From positions 1 to 62,476 of the IMG/VR virus record IMGVR_UViG_3300017788_000023: 62,476 nt of DNA; one strand, 5' to 3'. The stretch comes from a virus (taxonomy: Duplodnaviria > Caudoviricetes). The position numbers and the translations under genes are program-made. Under the pieces are notes generated by a model. That model was not told the DNA's origin. It did not search any database and saw nothing but the letters and a program-made list of their open reading frames with translations. Below, piece after piece: positions 59,862 through 62,476 of the stretch. Each line of letters opens with the position of its first letter. Positions within the stretch are counted from its first letter, which is position 1.

Positions 59862-60998
59862 TTAGTACAGAGTTAAACTTTTTTTAATTTCTTCTCTTTC
59901 AGCAGGAGTAAGTTCTTTTGGTCCAAAGAAATCATCGTCTCCCTTTTGTGCTGATGCTGTCTGTTGTGCTTGTTCTGGAGTCTCGGCACCTTTTTCTCCT
60001 TCTCCACCCGCTCCTTCTTTTGCGGCATCACTTTGTTTCTTTTGAGCTCTTTTTAATCGTTCAGCACCAAACTCTGTATTGTATTTAACGGACATCGTTG
60101 CCGTAAATATTTCTTTAGGAATTCCAGGAAAATCTGTAAATACTTCAAAAGTAAAATAAAATCTTAATGAACCAATTTCAGAAGGTTTATACTGAATAAT
60201 CTTTGTCGCTCCTTGTACATATTTTGTAACTCCTGAACTATCATATTTTTTTGCTAATTCTTTCGTTGGTTGAAAAAATTGATCTGGAGTCCATGCTTGT
60301 GAATAAAACCATTTTGCTTTGTTAATACCAATCATCGAACCAATGAGTTGATCTATTAATGGGCAGTTCCAATAAACACCATTACTGTTAATTTTATATA
60401 ATAAAAATCCTCGTTGAACTATCCATTCACGGTCATAAAAATTTCTTTCGGTAAAATATCCCTTTATTGTAAAATTCTGAACTTCTCCTGGTAATGGCTT
60501 CTTGAATGTTGTTATTGCTTCTACTTCTGATATTGATACAAATCCCGCAGTTGTTTGTCCTAAAACTTTTGGTTCAAAAAATAATTTACCTTTGTAATAT
60601 AAAAGTCTATCAGGTTGAAATTTTGGTAATTTTAAAATTGCTTTTATTGGATTAACTGAATCTGGTTGGGTAATCGATGGATTGTCAAAAGGTTGAGGAG
60701 ATTCTACTTTACACTCCGTCATCTTACACGTAATACTTGAAATCGTTTCTAATCGTGGTGGACTAGACCCAGGTATAATCCTTGTCGGTTGAAAAGATAT
60801 TGGTAAATTAAAATCTTCATATATGCTAATGTATGGCACATTATTATCGGCATATTTTCTTGATTTAAATAAATCAGCTGGATTTGTTTGTGTTGGTCGC
60901 AATTGATACGTATTAATGGTAGGAGGAACTCTGCCAGCTAAACTAGGGTCAGCTCCTCCTGCCATTACAGTCGTACCGTTGATTACTATTTGACTCAC
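59862..60998 (-). CDS. Hypothetical protein (378 aa), possibly baseplate-associated
   Basis: Long ORF coupled to the PAAR gene; no recognised motif. Confidence 0.7.
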   Translation of the reverse strand: MSQIVINGTTVMAGGADPSLAGRVPPTINTYQLRPTQTNPADLFKSRKYADNNVPYISIYEDFNLPISFQPTRIIPGSSPPRLETISSITCKMTECKVESPQPFDNPSITQPDSVNPIKAILKLPKFQPDRLLYYKGKLFFEPKVLGQTTAGFVSISEVEAITTFKKPLPGEVQNFTIKGYFTERNFYDREWIVQRGFLLYKINSNGVYWNCPLIDQLIGSMIGINKAKWFYSQAWTPDQFFQPTKELAKKYDSSGVTKYVQGATKIIQYKPSEIGSLRFYFTFEVFTDFPGIPKEIFTATMSVKYNTEFGAERLKRAQKKQSDAAKEGAGGEGEKGAETPEQAQQTASAQKGDDDFFGPKELTPAEREEIKKSLTLY

Positions 60999-61258
60999 AT
61001 ATCTGCTAGTAGTTCTAACATATTTATTCTGTTATGTACATCATCTAATATTTCATTAATTTTTTTATAGTCTCCACTCGGAGGTCTATAATATAATACA
61101 AACGGGTCAGGAATCTTTCCGACTCGTGCTTCTAAATTTTGTAATCTTCTATCGATATCACTGATCACCTGGATTAAGCGATTCTCCAAATCCTCTTGCT
61201 TTTGTGATTTCTGTATCAACAAGGCTAAAGGACTCTGGTATTTGTTTTGCTGATTCAC
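60995..61258 (-). CDS. Hypothetical coiled-coil protein
   Basis: GTG at 61258 preceded by GGAG at 6 nt; ATGA overlap with the next gene; start uncertain. Confidence 0.55.
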   Translation of the reverse strand: MNQQNKYQSPLALLIQKSQKQEDLENRLIQVISDIDRRLQNLEARVGKIPDPFVLYYRPPSGDYKKINEILDDVHNRINMLELLADM

Positions 61259-61478
61259 GAGTTTCTCCAAATGTAGCAGTATCACGGTAAATTAAATTTC
61301 CAATCTCATCAAATGATGAAATCTGTAGTTGGTCACCTTCATCATATTCCCCAGCATACCATCTGTCGGCTATCTCTAGCATATGGTCTGCTAACTTATC
61401 ATAATCTTCAAAACTTTCATTCTGTATTACATTACCATTTTTGTCAATAATGGTGTAATTCGTATTAGTCTTCGTCAT
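61158..61478 (-). CDS. Hypothetical acidic protein
   Basis: GGAGG RBS; overlaps the AbrB-like gene end. Confidence 0.7.
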   Translation of the reverse strand: MTKTNTNYTIIDKNGNVIQNESFEDYDKLADHMLEIADRWYAGEYDEGDQLQISSFDEIGNLIYRDTATFGETRESAKQIPESFSLVDTEITKARGFGESLNPGDQ

Positions 61479-61671
61479 TCTCAGTTCCTCCGTAATATTC
61501 TTTGTCTATGCGTTCTAATACTACTGTACCGTCTTTATTTACACACCACTCTAATACATCACCTTCTTCCCAACCAACTGATTCAATTAGTTCGTCTGGT
61601 AATGTTACAAAGTATTCGTCGAAGTCTTGATTATACTCAACAGTTGATTCGTATATTTTGCCCATTGTCAT
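61465..61671 (-). CDS. AbrB/MazE/SpoVT-like small protein
   Basis: FVTLPDELIESVGWEEGDVLEW...DGTVVLER. Confidence 0.7.
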   Translation of the reverse strand: MTMGKIYESTVEYNQDFDEYFVTLPDELIESVGWEEGDVLEWCVNKDGTVVLERIDKEYYGGTENDED

Positions 61672-61691
61672 TTAATCATCTCACTTATATA

Positions 61692-61874
61692 TTACGTTTT
61701 TGAAAAAATTCTTTCGGTTGGTAACCATACTGTGCATTTTCTGATTCCTATTAAAAATTCTACTTGTGTAGTATATGATATATTTACCTGTCTACCTAAT
61801 GTGCTGAAAGCAGAAATCTTCATGGAGCTTTGGTCTATTATCACGTAACTTATTTGTTCCACATCATACGCCAA
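61692..61874 (-). CDS. Hypothetical protein
   Basis: 60-aa ORF in the operon orientation; alternative start codon. Confidence 0.5.
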   Translation of the reverse strand: MAYDVEQISYVIIDQSSMKISAFSTLGRQVNISYTTQVEFLIGIRKCTVWLPTERIFSKT

Positions 61875-62125
61875 ATCTCTCGTAATACTATGTAGATATA
61901 CTCAAACTCTTCTCTTATGGTGGTTCGAGTTGGTAAAGGTTTTTGAGTCATTTTTATTGGGGAAAAATTTTTTTTATAAACGTGTAAATGATCGAGTGTT
62001 TTCAAAGTTTTGTAGGTTAATAGTATCTATCAATTTTCGTTTCGCTCGGCTCCGCCCGTCGCACGGCGGGCGCATCGTTGGACTGTCCCCCGAGGGCTAC
62101 TGCCCCCGAGGGTGTGCTAGGATGG

Positions 62126-62314
62126 TCAGTCCTCCCACTGAGGCAGGCGAGCGATTGCTTCATCATGCCAACGTGATGCATGGGCACCTGCTAGCCACGA
62201 TGCCTCCACAGTGATGGGCACCTGCAGTCCCATGGTCTGCTGTGCGCTCTCAGTGGGGCGACCTGCCCACACGATCTGACGAGTGGTGAGGTCTGATGCC
62301 ATGGACATGATCAT
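62126..62314 (-). CDS. GC-rich small hypothetical protein (possible early gene)
   Basis: M(IMSM)ASDLTTRQIVWAGRPTE...AIARLPQWED; C-rich leader without SD; start among 62302/62308/62314. Confidence 0.5.
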   Translation of the reverse strand: MIMSMASDLTTRQIVWAGRPTESAQQTMGLQVPITVEASWLAGAHASRWHDEAIARLPQWED

Positions 62315-62476
62315 GGGAGGGGATGCGATGGGATGGGGTGAGATGGAGAGGGGGGGTGCCCCCCAGGGGGGGGGGGGGGGGCACAAACGCTGGGGGGCGT
62401 AGGGGGCGGTGGCCCAACCGTCACCCCCCCAGCGGCGGGCGGGGAAGTCCCCGGGGTCCCTCAGGGCGTGGGGCCC

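Noticed and set aside
61930-62214. Plus-strand 94-aa ORF
   Set aside because: TTG start, crosses the compositional boundary and homopolymers, overlaps a more plausible minus-strand ORF.
62340-62476. G/C homopolymer runs suggesting G-quadruplex or poly-Pro ORF start
   Set aside because: At the window end and low complexity; likely low-quality or poly-G sequence.
1-62476. tRNA, rRNA and photosynthesis auxiliary genes
   Set aside because: None recognised; intergenic gaps are mostly too short. The cyanophage assignment rests on gene order and protein style only.

Overview
A 62.5-kb segment of a T4-like myovirus, most likely a cyanophage, carrying the late virion module entirely on the minus strand. 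In transcription order: small ORFs (AbrB-like, PAAR), gp25, gp6, gp7, gp8, VrlC-like protein, a 1375-aa and a 4092-aa fibre-type protein, a gp38-like Gly-Asn-Pro-rich adhesin, four tandem 2OG-Fe(II) oxygenases, gp13-gp16, small inserts including a SAM-methyltransferase-like gene, gp17-gp22 and the 5' end of gp23. T4-type late promoters (NATAAATA) punctuate the module, and the last ~440 bp switch abruptly to GC-rich sequence. The main unexplained signal is in the 4092-aa fibre: nine domains resembling phycobiliprotein subunits, each keeping the C-x-R-D bilin-attachment motif and a second Cys, arranged as perfectly balanced nested insertions inside a split beta-helix. All family calls come from motif recognition and synteny by eye; no searches were run.
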